DNA from: Crocosphaera subtropica ATCC 51142
GTDB taxonomy: Bacteria > Cyanobacteriota > Cyanobacteriia > Cyanobacteriales > Microcystaceae
Assembly: GCF_000017845.1 (NCBI RefSeq)
Contig: NC_010546.1
Coordinates: 1,650,001 to 1,682,000 of the forward strand
Direction of reading: 5' to 3'
DNA length: 32,000 nucleotides
In this document: one piece after another, positions 9,296 to 17,206 of the stretch
Numbering within the stretch: the first letter of the stretch is position 1
Layout of the letters: the number at the start of each line of letters is the position of its first letter
Notes under the pieces: generated by a model
What the model was told of the DNA's origin: nothing
Database searches by the model: none
The model's input: the letters and a program-made list of their open reading frames with translations, nothing else
Position numbers and translations under genes: made by a program

Positions 9296-10078
9296 ATGTT
9301 CCATAAAATTTATAACAACTTGATAGATTTTTTTACATCTCTATTCGGAGCGATTACGTTTTATACGATTGTTCCCTTACCTGCTCAATGGCCGAAAAAT
9401 TTTCAATCCATCGCTCGTTGGTCCCCTATTATTGGCCTAGGTATCGGAGGATTGTTAGGCATAATCGATACACTTCTAAGCTTTATAGGATTTCCCATAA
9501 CCGTACGAAGTGGGTTAATCATCGGTTTCGGGATTTATATCACAGGTGGATTACATTTAGATGGAGTTCTTGATAGTGCCGATGGGTTAGCCGTTACTGA
9601 CCCTAAAAAACGCCTGGAAGTGATGCAGGATAGTGTTACAGGAGCGTTTGGGGTCATGGCCGGGGTAATGGTCATTCTGCTCAAAATCATCGCTTTAAGT
9701 GCTATTTTTGACCATCGTGCCTGGGGTTTAATGGCTGCCTATGGTTGGGGACGATGGGGACAAGTGAGTGCGATCGCCTTTTATCCCTACCTTAAACCCA
9801 CAGGAAAAGGAGCCTTTCATAAACAATATTTCAAACGTCCTCAAGACTTATTGGGAGGGTTAGTCGGTTTATTGGGAATGACAGGGGTATTTATGGCATT
9901 CAACCCTGAATTATGGCAGTTAGGGTTAAGGGGGACAGGGATAGGAATGGCGATCGCTCTAGGAGTGGGGACTTGGTTTAATCATCGCTTTGGGGGTCAT
10001 ACGGGAGACACCTACGGTGCGGTAGTAGAGTGGACCGAAACTTTTATCCTCTGTCTGTTATCGATCCACCGGCCGTAA
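9296..10078 (+). CDS. cobS: adenosylcobinamide-GDP ribazoletransferase (cobalamin synthase)
   Basis: 260 aa, polytopic membrane protein with the GGLHLDGVLDSADGL motif characteristic of CobS. Confidence 0.85.
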   Translation: MFHKIYNNLIDFFTSLFGAITFYTIVPLPAQWPKNFQSIARWSPIIGLGIGGLLGIIDTLLSFIGFPITVRSGLIIGFGIYITGGLHLDGVLDSADGLAVTDPKKRLEVMQDSVTGAFGVMAGVMVILLKIIALSAIFDHRAWGLMAAYGWGRWGQVSAIAFYPYLKPTGKGAFHKQYFKRPQDLLGGLVGLLGMTGVFMAFNPELWQLGLRGTGIGMAIALGVGTWFNHRFGGHTGDTYGAVVEWTETFILCLLSIHRP

Positions 10079-10516
10079 ACGAGTAACTTTAAGGTTAAAG
10101 TTACCTCCCCCGGTTTCACCAAACGCACGCACACGAATAATATAGCGACCCGTTTCGGTGATGCGAGAAAATAATAAGGAGTTGGTACTCCCATCGGGTC
10201 CATCATCATTTTCAGCAATGGTTGTACCATCAGCCCCTAATAATAACACCACACTATCAAACTCATCAGACGTTAAGTCGATAGCGACTTGATCCCCTTT
10301 TTCCAACTCTATTTCATAATCCTTAGCAAACCCACCTTCTCCTGTGGGAATATCTTGATCCGACAGACGATCAGAGATAGCTCCGTTAGATTTAATAGGA
10401 ATGGGATTATAAATGCCTTGTTGTCCTTTTACTGGAAAAGCAATTAGTCCCAACATTAGGGAAAATAAAGGGATCATTAAAGAACGATAGCAGACTTTAC
10501 CACACAAATAGGTCAT
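10058..10516 (-). CDS. secreted protein with bacterial pre-peptidase C-terminal (PPC) domain
   Basis: The ORF extends to 10540. Met at 10516 or 10477 gives a signal-peptide-like N-terminus (MIPLFSLMLGLIAFPVKG). DYEIELEKGDQVAIDLTSDEFDSVVLLLGADG...ENDDG...GRYIIRVRAF...GNFNLKV fits the PPC domain pattern. The 3' end overlaps cobS convergently by 21 nt. Confidence 0.6.
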   Translation of the reverse strand: MTYLCGKVCYRSLMIPLFSLMLGLIAFPVKGQQGIYNPIPIKSNGAISDRLSDQDIPTGEGGFAKDYEIELEKGDQVAIDLTSDEFDSVVLLLGADGTTIAENDDGPDGSTNSLLFSRITETGRYIIRVRAFGETGGGNFNLKVTRLRPVDR

Positions 10517-10687
10517 TTTATGAACAATACTTACACACACTCCCGTATAGTCTATCGAATGTCTAGGGATTGGGGGGAAACTTAATGAAAAATAGAGGAA
10601 AAATTTAGGAAATTTTTATGATTAATAATCGTGATAGGCTAATTGAAGGAATATTTAGGAGAAATTCACTATCTTGGAGTTAAATAA

Positions 10688-11884
10688 ATGTCAGATTTTC
10701 CCAATTATAAAGATCGCATCAAAGAAGATTTAGAAAAATTGAAAGAACAAGAATTAGAAAAACAGTCTAAACGACAACAAGAAATGGAACGGGATCGCCG
10801 TTTGGTTCGGCAAGAAGAAGAATATCAATTACTGCAAAAAAAACAAAGGGAACTAGAAAGAGAAAAAGCTAAATTGCGAGCAGAAATTAGACGGAGACAG
10901 GAACTTAAAGCAGAACAAGAAAGAATTCAACAAGAAATATTGAATAGAGAAGAAAGACGAAAACAGCAAATTCAATGGGATCGAGAAAAATTGAGACAAC
11001 AAGAGTCACAAAATAAAACATCCTCCCCTTCTTATTCTCCTCGTTATTCTCCCCCCTCTACTGCTACGGTTGAAGGCAAACTAAAAGAATTAGATAAACT
11101 GATTGGTTTGAATCATTTAAAGGATGAAGTTCGTCAATATATCAATTTTCTCAAGGTTCAAAAGTTACGAGAAAAGCAAGGCTTACAACCTGTCCCTATT
11201 ACCTTACATTCTGTTTTTTGTGGTTCTCCAGGAACAGGAAAAACAACCGTAGCGAGATTAATGGGTCAGATTTATCAGCAATTAGGTATTCTTAAAAAAG
11301 GTCATTTAATTGAAACAGATAGATCGGGAATGGTAGCCGGATATGTAGGACAAACGGCGCAAAGAGTCGATGAATTAGTTCATTCTGCTTTAGATGGAGT
11401 TTTATTTATTGATGAAGCTTATACCTTAAAACCTGTCGATCCTGGTAATGATTTCGGTCAAGAAGCCATCGATATGTTATTAAAAAGAATGGAAGATTAT
11501 CGAGATAGATTAGTGGTGATTGTGGCAGGTTATGGGGATGAAATGACCCGTTTTGTTAATTCAAATCCTGGGTTAAAATCTCGTTTTAGTCGTTATTTTT
11601 ATTTTGAAGACTATACTCCACAAGAATTATTAGCTATTTTTGAAATTTTTTGTGATCAACATCGTTACAGTTTAACAGAAGCAGCCAAAGAGGTATTATT
11701 AACACGATTCAAAGAATTATATGACCATCGTGATAAAAGTTTTGGGAATGGTAGATTAGTAAGAAATATGTTTGAAAAAACCATTGAAAAACAGGCAAAT
11801 CGATTAGTTACTATTGCCAATGTAACCCCTTACACGATGCAGCAAATCTTACCGGAAGATATTGCTTTATTGGTTAATAGTTGA
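10688..11884 (+). CDS. AAA+ ATPase, CbbX/SpoVK-like, with long charged coiled-coil N-terminal region
   Basis: 398 aa. Walker A GSPGTGKTTVA, Walker B VLFIDEAY and GNGRLVRN, as in CbbX/SpoVK-type AAA+ proteins. The N-terminal ~110 aa are E/K/R/Q-rich, followed by an SPSYSPRYSPPS linker. Confidence 0.8.
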   Translation: MSDFPNYKDRIKEDLEKLKEQELEKQSKRQQEMERDRRLVRQEEEYQLLQKKQRELEREKAKLRAEIRRRQELKAEQERIQQEILNREERRKQQIQWDREKLRQQESQNKTSSPSYSPRYSPPSTATVEGKLKELDKLIGLNHLKDEVRQYINFLKVQKLREKQGLQPVPITLHSVFCGSPGTGKTTVARLMGQIYQQLGILKKGHLIETDRSGMVAGYVGQTAQRVDELVHSALDGVLFIDEAYTLKPVDPGNDFGQEAIDMLLKRMEDYRDRLVVIVAGYGDEMTRFVNSNPGLKSRFSRYFYFEDYTPQELLAIFEIFCDQHRYSLTEAAKEVLLTRFKELYDHRDKSFGNGRLVRNMFEKTIEKQANRLVTIANVTPYTMQQILPEDIALLVNS

Positions 11885-11895
11885 GAAAACTTTTG

Positions 11896-12002
11896 ACCTG
11901 AGTTCGATATAAAGAAATTAATAGATAACTTGCAAAACCGACAAGTATCAAACCCTGACAATTTCCTTGCCAAAACTATAACTCCTAAAACCGAACTCAG
12001 GT
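11896..12002. repeat. MITE-like element bounded by 11-bp perfect inverted repeats
   Basis: acctgagttcg (11896-11906) and cgaactcaggt (11992-12002) are exact reverse complements. The interior carries the TATAACTCCTAA core (11977-11988) also present at 2107-2241. It lies between the convergent AAA+ and frp genes. Confidence 0.4.
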
Positions 12003-12086
12003 TTTTGCAGTGGGTTTAGTTAGCTGAAATTGATCCCTAACGTTCTATCATTTAGAAATAAATGGCAACATTGGGACAATTAAATA

Positions 12087-12416
12087 TTATGACATTTTTG
12101 CCAGAGCAGCTACTTTGGCTCTTGTGGAAGGGGTTAAACCTGTTAATTCATCGAGGGTTAACCATTTTTCTTTAACTAACTGAGCCAATACAAACATGGA
12201 TGTAGCATCACTAGAGTAATACTTGCCATCAATGTGGTATCGTTTACTGTTCAAATAGTCATTTAAAGCCCAAATATCATTGATATGGGTAATTTGGCTG
12301 GCTTTTTGGTTAATTTCAGCCACCAGTGCTTCTGTTTCTCTGGCATAAGCTTTGCCTAATGCTTCTTGAGCAATTTTTTGATCGGTTTGTGACCATTGTT
12401 GTGTGTTGGTTTTCAT
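12087..12416 (-). CDS. frp: fluorescence recovery protein
   Basis: 109 aa, located directly downstream of ocp. WSQTDQKIAQEALGKAY...SQITHINDIWALNDYLNSKRYHIDGKY closely parallels Synechocystis Slr1964 FRP as I recall it. Confidence 0.85.
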   Translation of the reverse strand: MKTNTQQWSQTDQKIAQEALGKAYARETEALVAEINQKASQITHINDIWALNDYLNSKRYHIDGKYYSSDATSMFVLAQLVKEKWLTLDELTGLTPSTRAKVAALAKMS

Positions 12417-12439
12417 ATCGTAGTTTTAAAGTCATTAGA

Positions 12440-12464
12440 ATACGCTCTAACCAGTAGAGCGTAT
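12440..12464 (-). promoter_or_regulatory. perfect 9-bp stem-loop in the ocp-frp intercistronic spacer
   Basis: atacgctct (12440-12448) / agagcgtat (12456-12464), 7-nt loop. It lies 23 nt upstream of the frp ATG. No clear U-tract and no obvious Shine-Dalgarno for frp. Confidence 0.4.
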
Positions 12465-12520
12465 CTATCGTATCAATTGTGGTTTTACTATCTGTAAAAA
12501 TATAGCAAAAATCTTGCTAA

Positions 12521-13480
12521 TTAGCGAGCTAAGTTCAATAGCTCTTTAGGAGACGCAAGTAAATCAATGGCCACAAAGAAAATTTTACCTTCAGGATTGA
12601 GTAAAAATCGCCAAGCAATATTCATACCAACACCGCCACCAAACCAGGGGGTTTGACAGGTTCCTGTCACTTTAATTTGAGTGAAACCATCTTCTGCTGG
12701 TTCACTTACCCCTTGTTTGGGAATTAACTGAAGATTTTGACATTCTTCGCGGAAGAAACGTAGCACGTTTTCTTTACCAATAATCGGTCTGCGGAACGGA
12801 GGTTGTAAGGCTCCATCTTCAGCGAATAATTTAATGAGAGCATCAAAATCATTAGCATTCAAATTATTCATGTAGCTAAGGATAGTTGAATTGTCGACCC
12901 CTTCAATCTTCACTTGAGTCCGTTGTGCCATTTCTTTGGGAGGAGCAACTGGTTCAGTAATCTTTTGGAAATTGCCCATTTTACTGGGATCATATCCCAT
13001 ATCCACCACACAATTGCGGAGAACGGTAATTTGTTGACCCGGTTCTAAACCAGTAATGGTCAGCAGAACAGCGTTAGCATTAGCTGAAAGCTTATAACCT
13101 TCAGGGATAGGCGCAACTTTGCCCTGTTCCATTAATTTTCCTAATTCGTACCAAAAACCAAGCTTGATATTAGGACTCCAAGTCGCATAAGTCCGACTAA
13201 TAGCTGTATCAGCACGGTTGGCTAAGTCGCACATGGCCTGACTTTGCTCTAGGGGAGTCATGTTGATGATCTCTTTGATAGTCCCTTCAGCAAACTGCAT
13301 ATTCGCTGCACCAGGGGCAGCAACGGTAATATTTTTACCCATCTCTAGATAAGCAAACCAAATCAATGCTAGTTGGTCTTCAGCACTCAGTTGCTCGAAT
13401 CTAGCTATGGTTGCAGGAACAGCATCAGCAGCTAAGGTATTCGGAAAAATATTGCGGGCCGAATCTAAAGTAAAAGGCAT
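12521..13480 (-). CDS. ocp: orange carotenoid protein
   Basis: 319 aa. MPFTLDSARNIFPNTL...FEQLSAEDQLALIWFAYLEMG at the N-terminus and NIAWRFLLNPEGKIFFVAIDLLASPKELLNL at the C-terminus are near-canonical OCP sequence. GGAAGGA Shine-Dalgarno upstream. Confidence 0.95.
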   Translation of the reverse strand: MPFTLDSARNIFPNTLAADAVPATIARFEQLSAEDQLALIWFAYLEMGKNITVAAPGAANMQFAEGTIKEIINMTPLEQSQAMCDLANRADTAISRTYATWSPNIKLGFWYELGKLMEQGKVAPIPEGYKLSANANAVLLTITGLEPGQQITVLRNCVVDMGYDPSKMGNFQKITEPVAPPKEMAQRTQVKIEGVDNSTILSYMNNLNANDFDALIKLFAEDGALQPPFRRPIIGKENVLRFFREECQNLQLIPKQGVSEPAEDGFTQIKVTGTCQTPWFGGGVGMNIAWRFLLNPEGKIFFVAIDLLASPKELLNLAR

Positions 13481-13743
13481 ATTTATCCTTCCGTTTGTGA
13501 GGGTTTTTTGCAGACTAATCTTTAGATAAATTAGTCATATTCTTATTCAATGTATCATGAATCTAACGATTTATTATTTTTTTATTCGTTACTTTTTAAA
13601 AGATTTAGTAGATCAAGTGTGTTACTTTTTTGCTGTATTAAAGGAACTTTTGTATAAAAACAAAGGAAATTATTATTTATCAATTAATTACTCTTAACTT
13701 AAGGTTAAGTATTTTCTATTGTTTTGTATATTTTCAAGACTTG

Positions 13744-13803
13744 TACGAGAATAATAATCTTATGTCTCTATATTATGTAACACAATATTATGAATTGTAA
13801 TAC
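13744..13803. repeat. copy A of a ~60-bp intergenic direct repeat with an internal hairpin
   Basis: tacgagaataataatcttatgtct...tatgtaacacaat-attatga-attgtaatac. Partner at 13979-14040. Confidence 0.5.
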
Positions 13804-13978
13804 AGGGTTATTTTCATATTCTCTGATTACTTATTTATTTCCTAAATAGCAAATATATTGATCAATTAATCATTAATTATTCGATATTAATAAGTTGTCA
13901 TTGTGAGGGGTAATATAAACAGGATACGGGGAGATTATTTTAAATATTTTTTCTTATCTTGTTAATTTTTTAGGATGT

Positions 13979-14040
13979 TACGGGAATACTAACCTTATGT
14001 CTTGAGAGAGTATGTAACACAATCTTTTAGATTGTAATAT
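13979..14040. repeat. copy B of a ~60-bp intergenic direct repeat with an internal hairpin
   Basis: tacgggaatactaaccttatgtct...tatgtaacacaat-cttttag-attgtaatat. The arms ACAAT / ATTGT are conserved while the 7-nt loop differs from copy A. Confidence 0.5.
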
Positions 14041-14143
14041 AGCACGACCTACTATGATTAGGTGATTAATTAGATTCCTCGTTTCCTCGGAATGACAATT
14101 AAACATATAAATAATATCCTAACTCATTTGTGTACTGCTATCA

Positions 14144-15208
14144 ATGCTTATCTTGACATTAACACCTATTTATTCTTTAGATGAGGTTTTTGATATGTCT
14201 TTTGATAAAGATTACCGTGCTATTGTAGAAGAAGATAGAAAAAAGTTATCTAATTATCATGCACATCCTGACTCGATAGATTATGAATTAGAGGAATTAA
14301 AAAAAGAAGTTGGTCAAAATTTTATCAATAATAGTTCTAACTCAAATAATACAATCAATAATGATCCAGATAATAATAACGAAATAGAAACTATTTTAAA
14401 AGACTTAAACGAATTAATTGGACTAAATAGCTTAAAAGATGAAGTAAGAGAATATGTCAACTTTATCAAATTTATCAAAATTCAAAACCTAAGAAAACAA
14501 CAAGGATTATCGGGGATTCCTATTACCTTACATTCTGTTTTTTGTGGTTCTCCAGGAACAGGAAAAACAACCGTAGCCAGATTAATGGGTAAAATTTATA
14601 AAGAATTAGGAATACTAAAAAAAGGCCATTTAATTGAAACAGATAGATCCGGAATGGTAGCAGGATATATTGGACATACAGCCAAACAAGTAGACGAAAT
14701 AGTAGAATCTGCCTTAGATGGGGTATTATTTATTGATGAAGCTTATACCTTAAAACCCATAGACTATGGTAATGATTTTGGTCAAGAAGCTATTGACACA
14801 TTACTCAAAAGAATGGAAGATCATCGAGATAGATTAGTGGTTATTGTGGCCGGATATGGGGAAGAAATGAACCGTTTTATTGACTCAAACCCTGGCCTAC
14901 AATCTCGCTTTACTCGTTATTTTAACTTTGAAGATTATACTCCAAAAGAATTATTATTGATTTTTCAGAGTATTTCTAATAAACATCATTATCATTTAAG
15001 TAAAGAAGCAGAAGAAAAGCTTTTATTACAGTTCCAAGAATTATATAATAATCGTAATAAAAGTTTTGGTAATGGTCGATTAGTTAGGAATATTTTTGAG
15101 AAAACCATTGCCAAACAAGCGAATCGATTAGCAAAAATATCCAATCTTGATAATAATATGATGCAAGAAATTTTACCAGAAGATATTACATTGATAGTTA
15201 ATAAATAG
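14144..15208 (+). CDS. AAA+ ATPase, CbbX/SpoVK-like, paralogue of 10688-11884 with Asn-rich N-terminal region
   Basis: 354 aa with the same Walker A, Walker B and GNGRLVRN motifs. By eye the ATPase module is roughly three-quarters identical to the first copy. The N-terminus is unrelated (NNSSNSNNTINNDPDNNNE). The true start may be Met at 14195 (GAGG about 10 nt upstream). Confidence 0.8.
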   Translation: MLILTLTPIYSLDEVFDMSFDKDYRAIVEEDRKKLSNYHAHPDSIDYELEELKKEVGQNFINNSSNSNNTINNDPDNNNEIETILKDLNELIGLNSLKDEVREYVNFIKFIKIQNLRKQQGLSGIPITLHSVFCGSPGTGKTTVARLMGKIYKELGILKKGHLIETDRSGMVAGYIGHTAKQVDEIVESALDGVLFIDEAYTLKPIDYGNDFGQEAIDTLLKRMEDHRDRLVVIVAGYGEEMNRFIDSNPGLQSRFTRYFNFEDYTPKELLLIFQSISNKHHYHLSKEAEEKLLLQFQELYNNRNKSFGNGRLVRNIFEKTIAKQANRLAKISNLDNNMMQEILPEDITLIVNK

Positions 15209-15214
15209 TCAAAC

Positions 15215-15246
15215 AAAAATAGATATTATTTATATCTCTATTTTTT
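15215..15246 (+). terminator. weak AT-rich hairpin plus T-run after the second AAA+ gene
   Basis: aaaaatagatat / atatctctattttt with a 2-nt bulge, followed by tttttt. Confidence 0.3.
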
Positions 15247-15329
15247 AAACCTAGAACAAGAGAACTTAATGTAATTTTGCTGTTATGTTAGTTTTAATCA
15301 ATTAAAGGGAACATTAATCTTATCTACTA

Positions 15330-15860
15330 ATGTTATCCCCGCAACTTAAAACAATGAACACTCAAAGAATTCAGCAAGTTCAAGAAACAGATACTATTAA
15401 TCAAATGCCACTTAAAGAGCAACAAATACCTAAGTTTTTATTGATTAATGATCGTCAACTGATAACCAATAACTCTTTAATCATAACTTCTTTAAGTCTT
15501 ATCTTAATTTTGATTTTAGGGACTGTGATTTCTTCTGTAGATATTCATCATCTCAGTCATTTATTTTCTCGATCTCTGACTCATTCTCATCATCATAACC
15601 ATATAGGATTGCCTTTTTTTTCTATCGGGGTTGTTCCGATGGGAATTATTTCTGTAGGAATTGTTCCGATGGGAATTATCTCTATCGGGATTGTTCCGAT
15701 GGGGTTAATCTCTTTTGGTACAGTAGCAATGGGACTGTTATCTCTTGGTCTAGTCTCAATGGGCGTAATTTGTAGTGGACATGAAGCAATGGGATTGATC
15801 AAATATAAAAACTCTTTTTTAAGAAAAATACAACAGTTAGGGAAGAACAAGATATCTTAG
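15330..15860 (+). CDS. membrane protein with His-rich patch and six tandem decapeptide repeats
   Basis: 176 aa. One TM-like segment (LIITSLSLILILILGTVISSV), then HHLSHLFSRSLTHSHHHNH, then six repeats approximating S-x-G-x-V-P-M-G-x-I. No family recognised. Confidence 0.55.
   Translation: MLSPQLKTMNTQRIQQVQETDTINQMPLKEQQIPKFLLINDRQLITNNSLIITSLSLILILILGTVISSVDIHHLSHLFSRSLTHSHHHNHIGLPFFSIGVVPMGIISVGIVPMGIISIGIVPMGLISFGTVAMGLLSLGLVSMGVICSGHEAMGLIKYKNSFLRKIQQLGKNKIS
15621..15800 (+). repeat. six tandem 30-nt coding repeats
   Basis: Units start at 15621, 15651, 15681, 15711, 15741 and 15771. The first three are near-identical (tct-nnn-gg-n-attgttccgatggg-a/g-tta-at-n) and the last three are more diverged. 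Confidence 0.85.
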
Positions 15861-15884
15861 ATCGAGATAAAAATTGAGTTTATA

Positions 15885-15918
15885 TTATCCCCTAACCTGT
15901 CTAGAGAAAAGGGGATAA
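15885..15918. terminator. hairpin between convergent genes (possible bidirectional terminator)
   Basis: ttatcccct (15885-15893) / aggggataa (15910-15918), 16-nt loop. It lies between the 15330-15860 (+) and 15929-16837 (-) genes. Confidence 0.35.
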
Positions 15919-15928
15919 AATCCTAACT

Positions 15929-16837
15929 TTATTCTTCTTTTTCCATTTTTTCCCTAGCTTGTTCTACTCTTGCATCAGCCGTTTTCATCACTTCATCAAA
16001 CTTTTCAATCATTTCGCCAGGATAATTCTCTAAAATTTTAGTCGATAAAGCAATGCGATTTTTATACTCATCAATACTCAAAATCATTACTTTAATATCT
16101 TGATTATATTTAAAGAGATGGTTCAAATCATCCACACGGGAACCACTCACTTGAGTAATATGTAATAGTCCGGAAACCCCTTCAAAATCAACGAAAACAC
16201 CATAAGGCTGAATACGAGAGACTTTTCCAGTCACTAATTGACCCGCTTCTAGTTTATCCATTCTTGCTGCTGCGATCGCCTTACGTTGGGAGAGAACTAA
16301 TTTATTAGTTGAGGGGTTAACTTCTAGAAAAGTAGCGGTTAACAGTTGTCCCACTAAGGAGTTTAAATCCTCTTTTTCTAAAAGATGCGATCGTGGAATA
16401 AACCCTTGCAACCCTTCGACTTCGCCAACCACACCCCCTTTATTGGTTCGGGTGACTCGCATTTGTACAGAATGACCCATTTCTGCGCTTTCTGCGACAT
16501 TTTCCCAGGCTTCTTTGAGTTGTAGTTGACGACGGGAGAGTTTAACTTGTCCTTCGGCGTTTTGTTCACTAATAACCAGAAATTCTCGTTCTTCATCGAG
16601 GGGTAAAATTTCTGCTAGATTAGGACGGGATTGTAAATCTACTTCATTGATGGGAACAAACCCGGCCGATTTACCGCCAATATCAACAAAGGCACCATCA
16701 TCGGTATGTTGTATCACTTTCCCCCGGATAACTTGCCCTTTTTCACATTTATAATCGTACTGATCAAGGGCTTTACTGAAGTCATCCATAGAAAAAGAAA
16801 TTTGAGAACCCTTGGGGGAAGCGGAGTCTGAAGTCAT
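15929..16837 (-). CDS. 30S ribosomal protein S1 homologue (Rps1B/Nbp1-like, three S1 domains)
   Basis: 302 aa. Repeated S1 OB-fold signatures (GQVIRGKVIQHTDDGAFVDIGGKSAGFVP; GQLVTGKVSRIQPYGVFVDFEGVSGLLH). The N-terminal FSMDDFSKALDQYDY is typical of cyanobacterial S1 paralogues. Confidence 0.8.
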   Translation of the reverse strand: MTSDSASPKGSQISFSMDDFSKALDQYDYKCEKGQVIRGKVIQHTDDGAFVDIGGKSAGFVPINEVDLQSRPNLAEILPLDEEREFLVISEQNAEGQVKLSRRQLQLKEAWENVAESAEMGHSVQMRVTRTNKGGVVGEVEGLQGFIPRSHLLEKEDLNSLVGQLLTATFLEVNPSTNKLVLSQRKAIAAARMDKLEAGQLVTGKVSRIQPYGVFVDFEGVSGLLHITQVSGSRVDDLNHLFKYNQDIKVMILSIDEYKNRIALSTKILENYPGEMIEKFDEVMKTADARVEQAREKMEKEE

Positions 16838-17206
16838 GATCGTTAAGGAGAAATAAAGACTGATAAGGACTCAAAAAGATGAGTCCATGATTAATTATAA
16901 CGTGCAGAGTTCTCTGATAGCTGTTTGAAAAATTAGTCATCAATCCTCCAGATTAAATGAATTAGTACCTATCCCTCTTTTTTTACTCAAGGCTACTAAA
17001 AAAAGCTCTATTTTCCTTTTAAATCTTAATATTTAATTTATTCTATAATTGTTGTTTTATTCTGTTAGTTTCTGTAATCTTATGGGTATATTGTAAAGAG
17101 AAACAAATGATTAGGGGAAAACAATAAATTAGGCAATTTCCGTTAAGCAAAATCATCTAGGTTTTTGCAACAACTCAACCAAACTATTTAATCCTAATAA
17201 TTAACC

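Noticed and set aside
9388-9573. 61-aa alternative-frame ORF inside cobS
   Set aside because: Overlapping shadow ORF with a basic, repetitive composition typical of an out-of-frame translation.
10012-10230. 72-aa minus-strand ORF overlapping the cobS end and the PPC-domain gene
   Set aside because: It is out of frame with the PPC-domain protein, which has clear domain features. No support of its own.
13770-14040. NtcA sites (GTA-N8-TAC) in the tgtaacacaat repeats
   Set aside because: The GTA half-sites are followed after 8 nt by TTA or TTT rather than TAC in both copies, so the canonical NtcA palindrome is not present.
14992-15216. 74-aa ORF antisense to the 3' end of the second AAA+ gene
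   Set aside because: Shadow ORF in AT-rich coding sequence.
15593-15850. 85-aa minus-strand ORF with its own peptide repeats (PIGTIP...)
   Set aside because: It is the mirror image of the 30-nt tandem repeats. The plus-strand frame has a start context, a TM segment and a coherent hydrophobic repeat, so the antisense frame is considered an artefact, although neither frame has homology support.
16378-16596. 72-aa ORF in another frame within the S1-domain gene
   Set aside because: It overlaps a confidently identified gene and has no motifs.
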